Below, piece by piece: positions 9,901-24,472 of a stretch of 64,000 bases of DNA; within the stretch, counting starts at the first letter, position 1, and each line of letters starts with the position of its first letter. Source of the stretch: Bugula neritina (lineage: Eukaryota; Animalia; Bryozoa); contig CAXIUT010000073.1 in NCBI GenBank assembly GCA_964035545.1, positions 124,001 through 188,000 on the forward strand. The letters run 5' to 3'. The position numbers and the translations under genes are program-made. Below the pieces are notes generated by a model that ran no database searches, was not told the DNA's origin, and saw only the letters and a program-made list of their open reading frames with translations.

Positions 9901-12900
9901 CATCACAACAAACTCTTCAGAAAGTTAAGAAAATCAGTCTATAGAAAGTTAATGAAATAAACCTACCAGAGAGAGTAAGCCAGATGTAACAAGTAGATCC
10001 AAAACAAGTTGATTAACAATTGAAGTTGAATTCTCCATGTAGTGAATACTTTAGTCCTAATGTCAAATGCAAACGTCTGCAACCAAATTGTGTAGACTTC
10101 ATGAGCTGGTTAGCTGACAGGACTCATTAAAGTTCTTAACTGTTGTGTGTATAGTGATGCCCATCTTGAACTAGAGAGGGCTGACGGAAGACTGCTACTT
10201 TGTGAAAATTGACAATGCATATTATTATTATTCATTGTTGAGATTCACGACTGCCATAAACAATGATAAAATATTCATTGTTGGTACTACTGAGTAGAAT
10301 AAAATATAATATAATATTATTCTCTGGACAGATAAACAATATCAAATGCATAATATAACATTACCATAAATCTACGGCGCTTCACATCTTCACCTTTTTC
10401 TGCAATGTTATTTCTTTGCAGTTAGAAGTACTAGCTGAATATATGACTATGAAACATAACCCTTCAATTTCATTGCACCAGCACCGATTTCAATATAGGT
10501 GTGTTGGGAGTTATCTTTCCTAAAGTTTTGTTCTTGGTGTTTATACGAAGCAGACACAGGCTAATATTAGTTTTGTTATTTGCAAGAGTTTTTCTGTCTG
10601 ATTGTCCATCAGCAAAAGTTTGCGCCTTGCAGTTATTATGGAAATACCAGTGATGCTGGAAGACCTTTGCATTGTACACCCGCCTTTACTATTGAATTTA
10701 GATGTTTTATTTTCCCATCCCCTCTCCTGCCCCCCTGTCCCCTCTAACAACCAGCAATCCTGACTCATGTGAAATGTGTTATTTAGTTTTAGAGTTGGAC
10801 CATGGGCCTACAGTATACGATTTGAAGCTTTATAGTTTACAGGCAGTGGAGATGAGTCACTGCTGAAACCCATTTTATTAGTAGACTATATTGCTCTTCA
10901 ATCATCAGTTTGCATATTAAAACAGAAAGCTCATCTGCAGCGCCATTTCACAGTGTTAAATTTTGCTAGAGTAAAAATTAATTTTAGATGCCTTTGCAAA
11001 CATATGAGAAATAAATGAGTCATTTTATGAAAAGAGGTGTTTGCAGCAGTTGTCCACTTTTGATTTAGACGCGTCATGGAAACTTTTGTAGTTTTAAATA
11101 ATATCTCCAAACTCATCACTTGCATGTCTTTATATACTTGATAAAGTTTTTCATGCAAAACTTGATGCCTGCTTCAAAGACACCAGTGCTTAAAACTGTG
11201 TTAACTGTATTGGCACGTTGCCATGAGATATTTGGTTATATTTAGCATCACAACATACTCTTCAGAAAGTTAAGAAAATCAGTCTATAGAAAGTTAATGA
11301 AATAAACCTACCAGAGAGAGTAAGCCAGATGTAACAAGTAGATCCAAAACAAGTTGATTAACAATTGAAGTTGAATTCTCCATGTAGTGAATACTTTAGT
11401 CCTAATGTCAAATGCAAACGTCTGCAACCAAATTGTGTAGACTTCATGAGCTGGTTAGCTGACAGGACTCATTAAAGTTCTTAACTGTTGTGTGTATAGT
11501 GATGCCCATCTTGAACTAGAGAGGGCTGACGGAAGACTGCTACTTTGTGAAAATTGACAATGCATATTATTATTATTCATTGTTGAGATTCACGACTGCC
11601 ATAAACAATGATAAAATATTCATTGTTGGTACTACTGAGTAGAATAAAATATATTATAATATTATTCTCTGGACAGATAAACAATATCAAATGCATATTA
11701 TAACATTACCATAAATCTACGGTGCTTCACATCTTCACTTTTTTCTGCAATGTTATTTCTTTGCAGTTAGAAGTACTAGCTGAATATATGACTATGAAAC
11801 ATAACCCTTCAATTTCATTGCACCAGCACCGATTTCAATGTAGGTGTGTTGGGAGTTATCTTTCCTAAATTTTTGTTCTTGGCAATTATACGAAACAGAC
11901 ACAGGCTAATATTAGTTTTGTTATTTGCAAGAGTTTTTCTGTCTGATTGTCCATCAGCAAAAGTTTGCGCCTTCCCGTTATTATGGAAATTCCAGTGCTG
12001 CTGGAAGACCTTTGCATTGTACACCCGCCTTTACTATTGAATTTAGATGTTTTATTTTCCCATCCCCTCTCCTGCCCCCCTGTCCCCTCTAACAACCAGC
12101 AATCCTGACTCATGCGAAATGTGTTATTGTTCTAGAGTTGGCCCATGGGCCTACAGTATACGATTTGAAGCTTTATAGTTTACAGGCAGTGGAGATGAGT
12201 CACTGCTGAAACCCATTTTATTAGTAGACTATATTGCTCTTCAATCATCAGTTTTCATATTCAAAGAGAAAGCTCATCTGCAGCGCCATTTCACAGTGTT
12301 ATATTTTGCTAGAGTAATAACTAATTTTAGATGCCTTTGCAAACATATGAGAAATAAATGAGTCATTTTATGAAAAGAGGTGTTTGCAGCAGTTGTCCAC
12401 TTTTGATTTAGACGCGTCATGGAAACTTTTGTAGTTTTAAATAATATCTCCAAACTCATCACTTGCATGTGTTTATATACTTGATAAAGTTTTTCATGCA
12501 AAACTTGATGCCTGCTTCAAAGACACCAGTGCTTAAAACTGTGTTAACTGTATTGGCACGTTGCCATGAGATATTTGGTTATATTTAGCATCACAACATA
12601 CTCTTCAGAAAGTTAAGAAAATCAGTCTATAGAAAGTTAATGAAATAAACCTACCAGAGAGAGTAAGCCAGATGTAACAAGTAGATCCAAAACAAGTTGA
12701 TTAACAATTGAAGTTGAATTCTCCATGTAGTGAATACTTTAGTCCTAATGTCAAATGCAAACGTCTGCAACCAAATTGTGTAGACTTCATGAGCTGGTTA
12801 GCTGACAGGACTCATTAAAGTTCTTAGCTGTTGTGTGTATAGTGATGCCCATCTTGAACTAGAGAGGGCTGACGGAAGACTGCTACTTTGTGAAAATTGA

Positions 12901-15900
12901 CAATGCATATTATTATTATTCATTGTTGAGATTCACGACTGCCATAAACAATGATAAAATATTCATTGTTGGTACTACTGAGTAGAATAAAATATAATAT
13001 AATATTATTCTCTGGACAGATAAACAATATCAAATGCATATTATAACATTACCATAAATCTACGGCGCTTCACATCTTCACTTTTTTCTGCAATGTTATT
13101 TCTTTGCAGTTAGAAGTACTAGCTGAATATATGACTATGAAACATAACCCTTCAATTTCATTGCACCAGCACCGATTTCAATATAGGTGTGTTGGGAGTT
13201 ATCTTTCCTAAAGTTTTGTTCTTGGTGTTTATACGAAGCAGACACAGGCTAATATTAGTTTTGTTATTTGCAAGAGTTTTTCTGTCTGATTGTCCATCAG
13301 CAAAAGTTTGCGCCTTGCAGTTATTATGGAAATACCAGTGATGCTGGAAGACCTTTGCATTGTACACCCGCCTTTACTATTGAATTTAGATGTTTTATTT
13401 TCCCATCCCCTCTCCTGCCCCCCTGTCCCCTCTAACAACCAGCAATCCTGACTCATGTGAAATGTGTTATTTAGTTTTAGAGTTGGACCATGGGCCTACA
13501 GTATACGATTTGAAGCTTTATAGTTTACAGGCAGTGGAGATGAGTCACTGCTGAAACCCATTTTATTAGTAGACTATATTGCTCTTCAATCATCAGTTTG
13601 CATATTAAAACAGAAAGCTCATCTGCAGCGCCATTTCACAGTGTTAAATTTTGCTAGAGTAAAAATTAATTTTAGATGCCTTTGCAAACATATGAGAAAT
13701 AAATGAGTCATTTTATGAAAAGAGGTGTTTGCAGCAGTTGTCCACTTTTGATTTAGACGCGTCATGGAAACTTTTGTAGTTTTAAATAATACCTCCAAAC
13801 TCATCACTTGCATGTGTTTATATACTTGATAAAGTTTTTCATGCAAAACTTGATGCCTGCTTCAAAGACACCAGTGCTTAAAACTGTGTTAACTGTATTG
13901 GCACGTTGCCATGAGATATTTGGTTATATTTAGCATCACAACATACTCTTCAGAAAGTTAAGAAAATCAGTCTATAGAAAGTTAATGAAATAAACCTACC
14001 AGAGAGAGTAAGCCAGATGTAACAAGTAGATCCAAAACAAGTTGATTAACAATTGAAGTTGAATTCTCCATGTAGTGAATACTTTAGTCCTAATGTCAAA
14101 TGCAAACGTCTGCAACCAAATTGTGTAGACTTCATGAGCTGGTTAGCTGACAGGACTCATTAAAGTTCTTAACTGTTGTGTGTATAGTGATGCCCATCTT
14201 GAACTAGAGAGGGCTGACGGAAGACTGCTACTTTGTGAAAATTGACAATGCATATTATTATTATTCATTGTTGAGATTCACGACTGCCATAAACAATGAT
14301 AAAATATTCATTGTTGGTACTACTGAGTAGAATAAAATATATTATAATATTATTCTCTGGACAGATAAACAATATCAAATGCATATTATAACATTACCAT
14401 AAATCTACGGCGCTTCACATCTTCACTTTTTTCTGCAATGTTATTTCTTTGCAGTTAGAAGTACTAGCTGAATATATGACTATGAAACATAACCCTTCAA
14501 TTTCATTGCACCAGCACCGATTTCAATGTAGGTGTGTTGGGAGTTATCTTTCCTAAATTTTTGTTCTTGGCAATTATACGAAACAGACACAGGCTAATAT
14601 TAGTTTTGTTATTTGCAAGAGTTTTTCTGTCTGATTGTCCATCAGCAAAAGTTTGCGCCTTCCCGTTATTATGGAAATTCCAGTGCTGCTGGAAGACCTT
14701 TGCATTGTACACCCGCCTTTACTATTGAATTTAGATGTTTTATTTTCCCATCCCCTCTCCTGCCCCCCTGTCCCCTCTAACAACCAGCAATCCTGACTCA
14801 TGCGAAATGTGTTATTGTTCTAGAGTTGGCCCATGGGCCTACAGTATACGATTTGAAGCTTTATAGTTTACAGGCAGTGGAGATGAGTCACTGCTGAAAC
14901 CCATTTGATTAGTAGACTATATTGCTCTTCAATCATCAGTTTTCATATTCAAAGAGAAAGCTCATCTGCAGCGCCATTTCACAGTGTTATATTTTGCTAG
15001 AGTAATAACTAATTTTAGATGCCTTTGCAAACATATGAGAAATAAATGAGTCATTTTATGAAAAGAGGTGTTTGCAGCAGTTGTCCACTTTTGATTTAGA
15101 CGCGTCATGGAAACTTTTGTAGTTTTAAATAATATCTCCAAACTCATCACTTGCATGTGTTTATATACTTGATAAAGTTTTTCATGCAAAACTTGATGCC
15201 TGCTTCAAAGACACCAGTGCTTAAAACTGTGTTAACTGTATTGGCACGTTGCCATGAGATATTTGGTTATATTTAGCATCACAACATACTCTTCAGAAAG
15301 TTAAGAAAATCAGTCTATAGAAAGTTAATGAAATAAACCTACCAGAGAGAGTAAGCCAGATGTAACAAGTAGATCCAAAACAAGTTGATTAACAATTGAA
15401 GTTGAATTCTCCATGTAGTGAATACTTTAGTCCTAATGTCAAATGCAAACGTCTGCAACCAAATTGTGTAGACTTCATGAGCTGGTTAGCTGACAGGACT
15501 CATTAAAGTTCTTAGCTGTTGTGTGTATAGTGATGCCCATCTTGAACTAGAGAGGGCTGACGGAAGACTGCTACTTTGTGAAAATTGACAATGCATATTA
15601 TTATTATTCATTGTTGAGATTCACGACTGCCATAAACAATGATAAAATATTCATTGTTGGTACTACTGAGTAGAATAAAATATAATATAATATTATTCTC
15701 TGGACAGATAAACAATATCAAATGCATATTATAACATTACCATAAATCTACGGCGCTTCACATCTTCACTTTTTTCTGCAATGTTATTTCTTTGCAGTTA
15801 GAAGTACTAGCTGAATATATGACTATGAAACATAACCCTTCAATTTCATTGCACCAGCACCGATTTCAATATAGGTGTGTTGGGAGTTATCTTTCCTAAA

Positions 15901-18900
15901 GTTTTGTTCTTGGTGTTTATACGAAGCAGACACAGGCTAATATTAGTTTTGTTATTTGCAAGAGTTTTTCTGTCTGATTGTCCATCAGCAAAAGTTTGCG
16001 CCTTGCAGTTATTATGGAAATACCAGTGATGCTGGAAGACCTTTGCATTGTACACCCGCCTTTACTATTGAATTTAGATGTTTTATTTTCCCATCCCCTC
16101 TCCTGCCCCCCTGTCCCCTCTAACAACCAGCAATCCTGACTCATGTGAAATGTGTTATTAAGTTTTAGAGTTGGACCATGGGCCTACAGTATACGATTTG
16201 AAGCTTTATAGTTTACAGGCAGTGGAGATGAGTCACTGCTGAAACCCATTTTATTAGTAGACTATATTGCTCTTCAATCATCAGTTTGCATATTAAAACA
16301 GAAAGCTCATCTGCAGCGCCATTTCACAGTGTTAAATTTTGCTAGAGTAAAAATTAATTTTAGATGCCTTTGCAAACATATGAGAAATAAATGAGTCATT
16401 TTATGAAAAGAGGTGTTTGCAGCAGTTGTCCACTTTTGATTTAGACGCGTCATGGAAACTTTTGTAGTTTTAAATAATATCTCCAAACTCATCACTTGCA
16501 TGTGTTTATATACTTGATAAAGTTTTTCATGCAAAACTTGATGCCTGCTTCAAAGACACCAGTGCTTAAAACTGTGTTAACTGTATTGGCACGTTGCCAT
16601 GAGATATTTGGTTATATTTAGCATCACAACAAACTCTTCAGAAAGTTAAGAAAATCAGTCTATAGAAAGTTAATGAAATAAACCTACCAGAGAGAGTAAG
16701 CCAGATGTAACAAGTAGATCCAAAACAAGTTGATTAACAATTGAAGTTGAATTCTCCATGTAGTGAATACTTTAGTCCTAATGTCAAATGCAAACGTCTG
16801 CAACCAAATTGTGTAGACTTCATGAGCTGGTTAGCTGACAGGACTCATTAAAGTTCTTAACTGTTGTGTGTATAGTGATGCCCATCTTGAACTAGAGAGG
16901 GCTGACGGAAGACTGCTACTTTGTGAAAATTGACAATGCATATTATTATTATTCATTGTTGAGATTCACGACTGCCATAAACAATGATAAAATATTCATT
17001 GTTGGTACTACTGAGTAGAATAAAATATAATATAATATTATTCTCTGGACAGATAAACAATATCAAATGCATAATATAACATTACCATAAATCTACGGCG
17101 CTTCACATCTTCACCTTTTTCTGCAATGTTATTTCTTTGCAGTTAGAAGTACTAGCTGAATATATGACTATGAAACATAACCCTTCAATTTCATTGCACC
17201 AGCACCGATTTCAATATAGGTGTGTTGGGAGTTATCTTTCCTAAAGTTTTGTTCTTGGTGTTTATACGAAGCAGACACAGGCTAATATTAGTTTTGTTAT
17301 TTGCAAGAGTTTTTCTGTCTGATTGTCCATCAGCAAAAGTTTGCGCCTTGCAGTTATTATGGAAATACCAGTGATGCTGGAAGACCTTTGCATTGTACAC
17401 CCGCCTTTACTATTGAATTTAGATGTTTTATTTTCCCATCCCCTCTCCTGCCCCCCTGTCCCCTCTAACAACCAGCAATCCTGACTCATGTGAAATGTGT
17501 TATTTAGTTTTAGAGTTGGACCATGGGCCTACAGTATACGATTTGAAGCTTTATAGTTTACAGGCAGTGGAGATGAGTCACTGCTGAAACCCATTTTATT
17601 AGTAGACTATATTGCTCTTCAATCATCAGTTTGCATATTAAAACAGAAAGCTCATCTGCAGCGCCATTTCACAGTGTTAAATTTTGCTAGAGTAAAAATT
17701 AATTTTAGATGCCTTTGCAAACATATGAGAAATAAATGAGTCATTTTATGAAAAGAGGTGTTTGCAGCAGTTGTCCACTTTTGATTTAGACGCGTCATGG
17801 AAACTTTTGTAGTTTTAAATAATATCTCCAAACTCATCACTTGCATGTCTTTATATACTTGATAAAGTTTTTCATGCAAAACTTGATGCCTGCTTCAAAG
17901 ACACCAGTGCTTAAAACTGTGTTAACTGTATTGGCACGTTGCCATGAGATATTTGGTTATATTTAGCATCACAACATACTCTTCAGAAAGTTAAGAAAAT
18001 CAGTCTATAGAAAGTTAATGAAATAAACCTACCAGAGAGAGTAAGCCAGATGTAACAAGTAGATCCAAAACAAGTTGATTAACAATTGAAGTTGAATTCT
18101 CCATGTAGTGAATACTTTAGTCCTAATGTCAAATGCAAACGTCTGCAACCAAATTGTGTAGACTTCATGAGCTGGTTAGCTGACAGGACTCATTAAAGTT
18201 CTTAACTGTTGTGTGTATAGTGATGCCCATCTTGAACTAGAGAGGGCTGACGGAAGACTGCTACTTTGTGAAAATTGACAATGCATATTATTATTATTCA
18301 TTGTTGAGATTCACGACTGCCATAAACAATGATAAAATATTCATTGTTGGTACTACTGAGTAGAATAAAATATATTATAATATTATTCTCTGGACAGATA
18401 AACAATATCAAATGCATATTATAACATTACCATAAATCTACGGCGCTTCACATCTTCACTTTTTTCTGCAATGTTATTTCTTTGCAGTTAGAAGTACTAG
18501 CTGAATATATGACTATGAAACATAACCCTTCAATTTCATTGCACCAGCACCGATTTCAATGTAGGTGTGTTGGGAGTTATCTTTCCTAAATTTTTGTTCT
18601 TGGCAATTATACGAAACAGACACAGGCTAATATTAGTTTTGTTATTTGCAAGAGTTTTTCTGTCTGATTGTCCATCAGCAAAAGTTTGCGCCTTCCCGTT
18701 ATTATGGAAATTCCAGTGCTGCTGGAAGACCTTTGCATTGTACACCCGCCTTTACTATTGAATTTAGATGTTTTATTTTCCCATCCCCTCTCCTGCCCCC
18801 CTGTCCCCTCTAACAACCAGCAATCCTGACTCATGCGAAATGTGTTATTGTTCTAGAGTTGGCCCATGGGCCTACAGTATACGATTTGAAGCTTTATAGT

Positions 18901-20050
18901 TTACAGGCAGTGGAGATGAGTCACTGCTGAAACCCATTTGATTAGTAGACTATATTGCTCTTCAATCATCAGTTTTCATATTCAAAGAGAAAGCTCATCT
19001 GCAGCGCCATTTCACAGTGTTATATTTTGCTAGAGTAATAACTAATTTTAGATGCCTTTGCAAACATATGAGAAATAAATGAGTCATTTTATGAAAAGAG
19101 GTGTTTGCAGCAGTTGTCCACTTTTGATTTAGACGCGTCATGGAAACTTTTGTAGTTTTAAATAATATCTCCAAACTCATCACTTGCATGTGTTTATATA
19201 CTTGATAAAGTTTTTCATGCAAAACTTGATGCCTGCTTCAAAGACACCAGTGCTTAAAACTGTGTTAACTGTATTGGCACGTTGCCATGAGATATTTGGT
19301 TATATTTAGCATCACAACATACTCTTCAGAAAGTTAAGAAAATCAGTCTATAGAAAGTTAATGAAATAAACCTACCAGAGAGAGTAAGCCAGATGTAACA
19401 AGTAGATCCAAAACAAGTTGATTAACAATTGAAGTTGAATTCTCCATGTAGTGAATACTTTAGTCCTAATGTCAAATGCAAACGTCTGCAACCAAATTGT
19501 GTAGACTTCATGAGCTGGTTAGCTGACAGGACTCATTAAAGTTCTTAGCTGTTGTGTGTATAGTGATGCCCATCTTGAACTAGAGAGGGCTGACGGAAGA
19601 CTGCTACTTTGTGAAAATTGACAATGCATATTATTATTATTCATTGTTGAGATTCACGACTGCCATAAACAATGATAAAATATTCATTGTTGGTACTACT
19701 GAGTAGAATAAAATATAATATAATATTATTCTCTGGACAGATAAACAATATCAAATGCATATTATAACATTACCATAAATCTACGGCGCTTCACATCTTC
19801 ACTTTTTTCTGCAATGTTATTTCTTTGCAGTTAGAAGTACTAGCTGAATATATGACTATGAAACATAACCCTTCAATTTCATTGCACCAGCACCGATTTC
19901 AATGTAGGTGTGTTGGGAGTTATCTTTCCTAAATTTTTGTTCTTGGCAATTATACGAAACAGACACAGGCTAATATTAGTTTTGTTATTTGCAAGAGTTT
20001 TTCTGTCTGATTGTCCATCAGCAAAAGTTTGCGCCTTCCCGTTATTATGG
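7000..20050. repeat. Copy 1 of a ~13 kb block duplicated at offset 17473 (13 units)
   Basis: Same unit order and rare markers as 24473-37523. ORF starts 7780/25253, 10931/28404, 13619/31092 and 17652/35125 all differ by 17473. The rare allele 'tacggtgc' was seen only at ~11720 and ~29193. Confidence 0.88.
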
Positions 20051-23000
20051 AAATACCAGTGATGCTGGAAGACCTTTGCATTGTACACCCGCCTTTACTA
20101 TTGAATTTAGATGTTTTATTTTCCCATCCCCTCTCCTGCCCCCCTGTCCCCTCTAACAACCAGCAATCCTGACTCATGTGAAATGTGTTATTTAGTTTTA
20201 GAGTTGGACCATGGGCCTACAGTATACGATTTGAAGCTTTATAGTTTACAGGCAGTGGAGATGAGTCACTGCTGAAACCCATTTTATTAGTAGACTATAT
20301 TGCTCTTCAATCATCAGTTTGCATATTAAAACAGAAAGCTCATCTGCAGCGCCATTTCACAGTGTTAAATTTTGCTAGAGTAAAAATTAATTTTAGATGC
20401 CTTTGCAAACATATGAGAAATAAATGAGTCATTTTATGAAAAGAGGTGTTTGCAGCACTTGTCCACTTTTGATTTACACGCGGCATGGAAACTTTTGTAG
20501 TTTTAAATAATATCTCCAAACTCATCACTTGCATGTGTTTAGATACTTGATAAAAATTTTTATGCAAAACTTGATGCCTGCTTCAAAGACACCAGTGCTT
20601 AATTACTGTGTTAACTGTATTGGCGCGTTGCCATGAGATATTTGGTAATATTTCGCATCACAACAAACTCTTCAGAAAGTTAAGAAAATCAGTCTAGAAA
20701 GTTAATGAAATAAACCTATCCGAAAGAGTAAGCCAGATGTAACAAGTAGATCCAAAACAAGTTGATTAACAATTGAAGTTGAAATCTCCATGTAGTCAAC
20801 ACTTTAGTCCTAATGTCAAATGCAAACGTCTGCAACCAAATTGTGTAGACTTCATGAGCTGGTTAGCTGACAGGACTCATTAAAGTTCTTAGCTGTTGTG
20901 TGTATAGTGATGCCCATCTTGAACTAGAGAGGGCTGACGGAAGACTGCTACTTTGTGAAAATTGACAATGCATATTATTATTATTCATTGTTGAGATTCA
21001 CGACTGCCATAAACAATGATAAAATATTCATTGTTGGTACTACTGAGTAGAATAAAATATAATATAATATTATTCTCTGGACAGATAAACAATATCAAAT
21101 GCATATTATAACATTACCATAAATCTACGGCGCTTCACATCTTCACTTTTTTCTGCAATGTTATTTCTTTGCAGTTAGAAGTACTAGCTGAATATATGAC
21201 TATGAAACATAACCCTTCAATTTCATTGCACCAGCACCGATTTCAATATAGGTGTGTTGGGAGTTATCTTTCCTAAAGTTTTGTTCTTGGTGTTTATACG
21301 AAGCAGACACAGGCTAATATTAGTTTTGTTATTTGCAAGAGTTTTTCTGTCTGATTGTCCATCAGCAAAAGTTTGCGCCTTGCAGTTATTATGGAAATAC
21401 CAGTGATGCTGGAAGACCTTTGCATTGTACACCCGCCTTTACTATTGAATTTAGATGTTTTATTTTCCCATCCCCTCTCCTGCCCCCCTGTCCCCTCTAA
21501 CAACCAGCAATCCTGACTCATGCGAAATGTGTTATTGTTCTAGAGTTGGCCCATGGGCCTACAGTATACGATTTGAAGCTTTATAGTTTACAGGCAGTGG
21601 AGATGAGTCACTGCTGAAACCCATTTGATTAGTAGACTATATTGCTCTTCAATCATCAGTTTTCATATTCAAAGAGAAAGCTCATCTGCAGCGCCATTTC
21701 ACAGTGTTATATTTTGCTAGAGTAATAACTAATTTTAGATGCCTTTGCAAACATATGAGAAATAAATGAGTCATTTTATGAAAAGAGGTGTTTGCAGCAG
21801 TTGTCCACTTTTGATTTAGACGCGTCATGGAAACTTTTGTAGTTTTAAATAATATCTCCAAACTCATCACTTGCATGTGTTTATATACTTGATAAAGTTT
21901 TTCATGCAAAACTTGATGCCTGCTTCAAAGACACCAGTGCTTAAAACTGTGTTAACTGTATTGGCACGTTGCCATGAGATATTTGGTTATATTTAGCATC
22001 ACAACATACTCTTCAGAAAGTTAAGAAAATCAGTCTATAGAAAGTTAATGAAATAAACCTACCAGAGAGAGTAAGCCAGATGTAACAAGTAGATCCAAAA
22101 CAAGTTGATTAACAATTGAAGTTGAATTCTCCATGTAGTGAATACTTTAGTCCTAATGTCAAATGCAAACGTCTGCAACCAAATTGTGTAGACTTCATGA
22201 GCTGGTTAGCTGACAGGACTCATTAAAGTTCTTAGCTGTTGTGTGTATAGTGATGCCCATCTTGAACTAGAGAGGGCTGACGGAAGACTGCTACTTTGTG
22301 AAAATTGACAATGCATATTATTATTATTCATTGTTGAGATTCACGACTGCCATAAACAATGATAAAATATTCATTGTTGGTACTACTGAGTAGAATAAAA
22401 TATAATATAATATTATTCTCTGGACAGATAAACAATATCAAATGCATATTATAACATTACCATAAATCTACGGCGCTTCACATCTTCACTTTTTTCTGCA
22501 ATGTTATTTCTTTGCAGTTAGAAGTACTAGCTGAATATATGACTATGAAACATAACCCTTCAATTTCATTGCACCAGCACCGATTTCAATGTAGGTGTGT
22601 TGGGAGTTATCTTTCCTAAATTTTTGTTCTTGGCAATTATACGAAACAGACACAGGCTAATATTAGTTTTGTTATTTGCAAGAGTTTTTCTGTCTGATTG
22701 TCCATCAGCAAAAGTTTGCGCCTTCCCGTTATTATGGAAATTCCAGTGCTGCTGGAAGACCTTTGCATTGTACACCCGCCTTTACTATTGAATTTAGATG
22801 TTTTATTTTCCCATCCCCTCTCCTGCCCCCCTGTCCCCTCTAACAACCAGCAATCCTGACTCATGCGAAATGTGTTATTGTTCTAGAGTTGGCCCATGGG
22901 CCTACAGTATACGATTTGAAGCTTTATAGTTTACAGGCAGTGGAGATGAGTCACTGCTGAAACCCATTTTATTAGTAGACTATATTGCTCTTCAATCATC

Positions 23001-24472
23001 AGTTTTCATATTCAAAGAGAAAGCTCATCTGCAGCGCCATTTCACAGTGTTATATTTTGCTAGAGTAATAACTAATTTTAGATGCCTTTGCAAACATATG
23101 AGAAATAAATGAGTCATTTTATGAAAAGAGGTGTTTGCAGCAGTTGTCCACTTTTGATTTAGACGCGTCATGGAAACTTTTGTAGTTTTAAATAATATCT
23201 CCAAACTCATCACTTGCATGTGTTTATATACTTGATAAAGTTTTTCATGCAAAACTTGATGCCTGCTTCAAAGACACCAGTGCTTAAAACTGTGTTAACT
23301 GTATTGGCACGTTGCCATGAGATATTTGGTTATATTTAGCATCACAACATACTCTTCAGAAAGTTAAGAAAATCAGTCTATAGAAAGTTAATGAAATAAA
23401 CCTACCAGAGAGAGTAAGCCAGATGTAACAAGTAGATCCAAAACAAGTTGATTAACAATTGAAGTTGAATTCTCCATGTAGTGAATACTTTAGTCCTAAT
23501 GTCAAATGCAAACGTCTGCAACCAAATTGTGTAGACTTCATGAGCTGGTTAGCTGACAGGACTCATTAAAGTTCTTAGCTGTTGTGTGTATAGTGATGCC
23601 CATCTTGAACTAGAGAGGGCTGACGGAAGACTGCTACTTTGTGAAAATTGACAATGCATATTATTATTATTCATTGTTGAGATTCACGACTGCCATAAAC
23701 AATGATAAAATATTCATTGTTGGTACTACTGAGTAGAATAAAATATAATATAATATTATTCTCTGGACAGATAAACAATATCAAATGCATATTATAACAT
23801 TACCATAAATCTACGGCGCTTCACATCTTCACTTTTTTCTGCAATGTTATTTCTTTGCAGTTAGAAGTACTAGCTGAATATATGACTATGAAACATAACC
23901 CTTCAATTTCATTGCACCAGCACCGATTTCAATATAGGTGTGTTGGGAGTTATCTTTCCTAAAGTTTTGTTCTTGGTGTTTATACGAAGCAGACACAGGC
24001 TAATATTAGTTTTGTTATTTGCAAGAGTTTTTCTGTCTGATTGTCCATCAGCAAAAGTTTGCGCCTTGCAGTTATTATGGAAATACCAGTGATGCTGGAA
24101 GACCTTTGCATTGTACACCCGCCTTTACTATTGAATTTAGATGTTTTATTTTCCCATCCCCTCTCCTGCCCCCCTGTCCCCTCTAACAACCAGCAATCCT
24201 GACTCATGTGAAATGTGTTATTTAGTTTTAGAGTTGGACCATGGGCCTACAGTATACGATTTGAAGCTTTATAGTTTACAGGCAGTGGAGATGAGTCACT
24301 GCTGAAACCCATTTTATTAGTAGACTATATTGCTCTTCAATCATCAGTTTGCATATTAAAACAGAAAGCTCATCTGCAGCGCCATTTCACAGTGTTAAAT
24401 TTTGCTAGAGTAAAAATTAATTTTAGATGCCTTTGCAAACATATGAGAAATAAATGAGTCATTTTATGAAAA

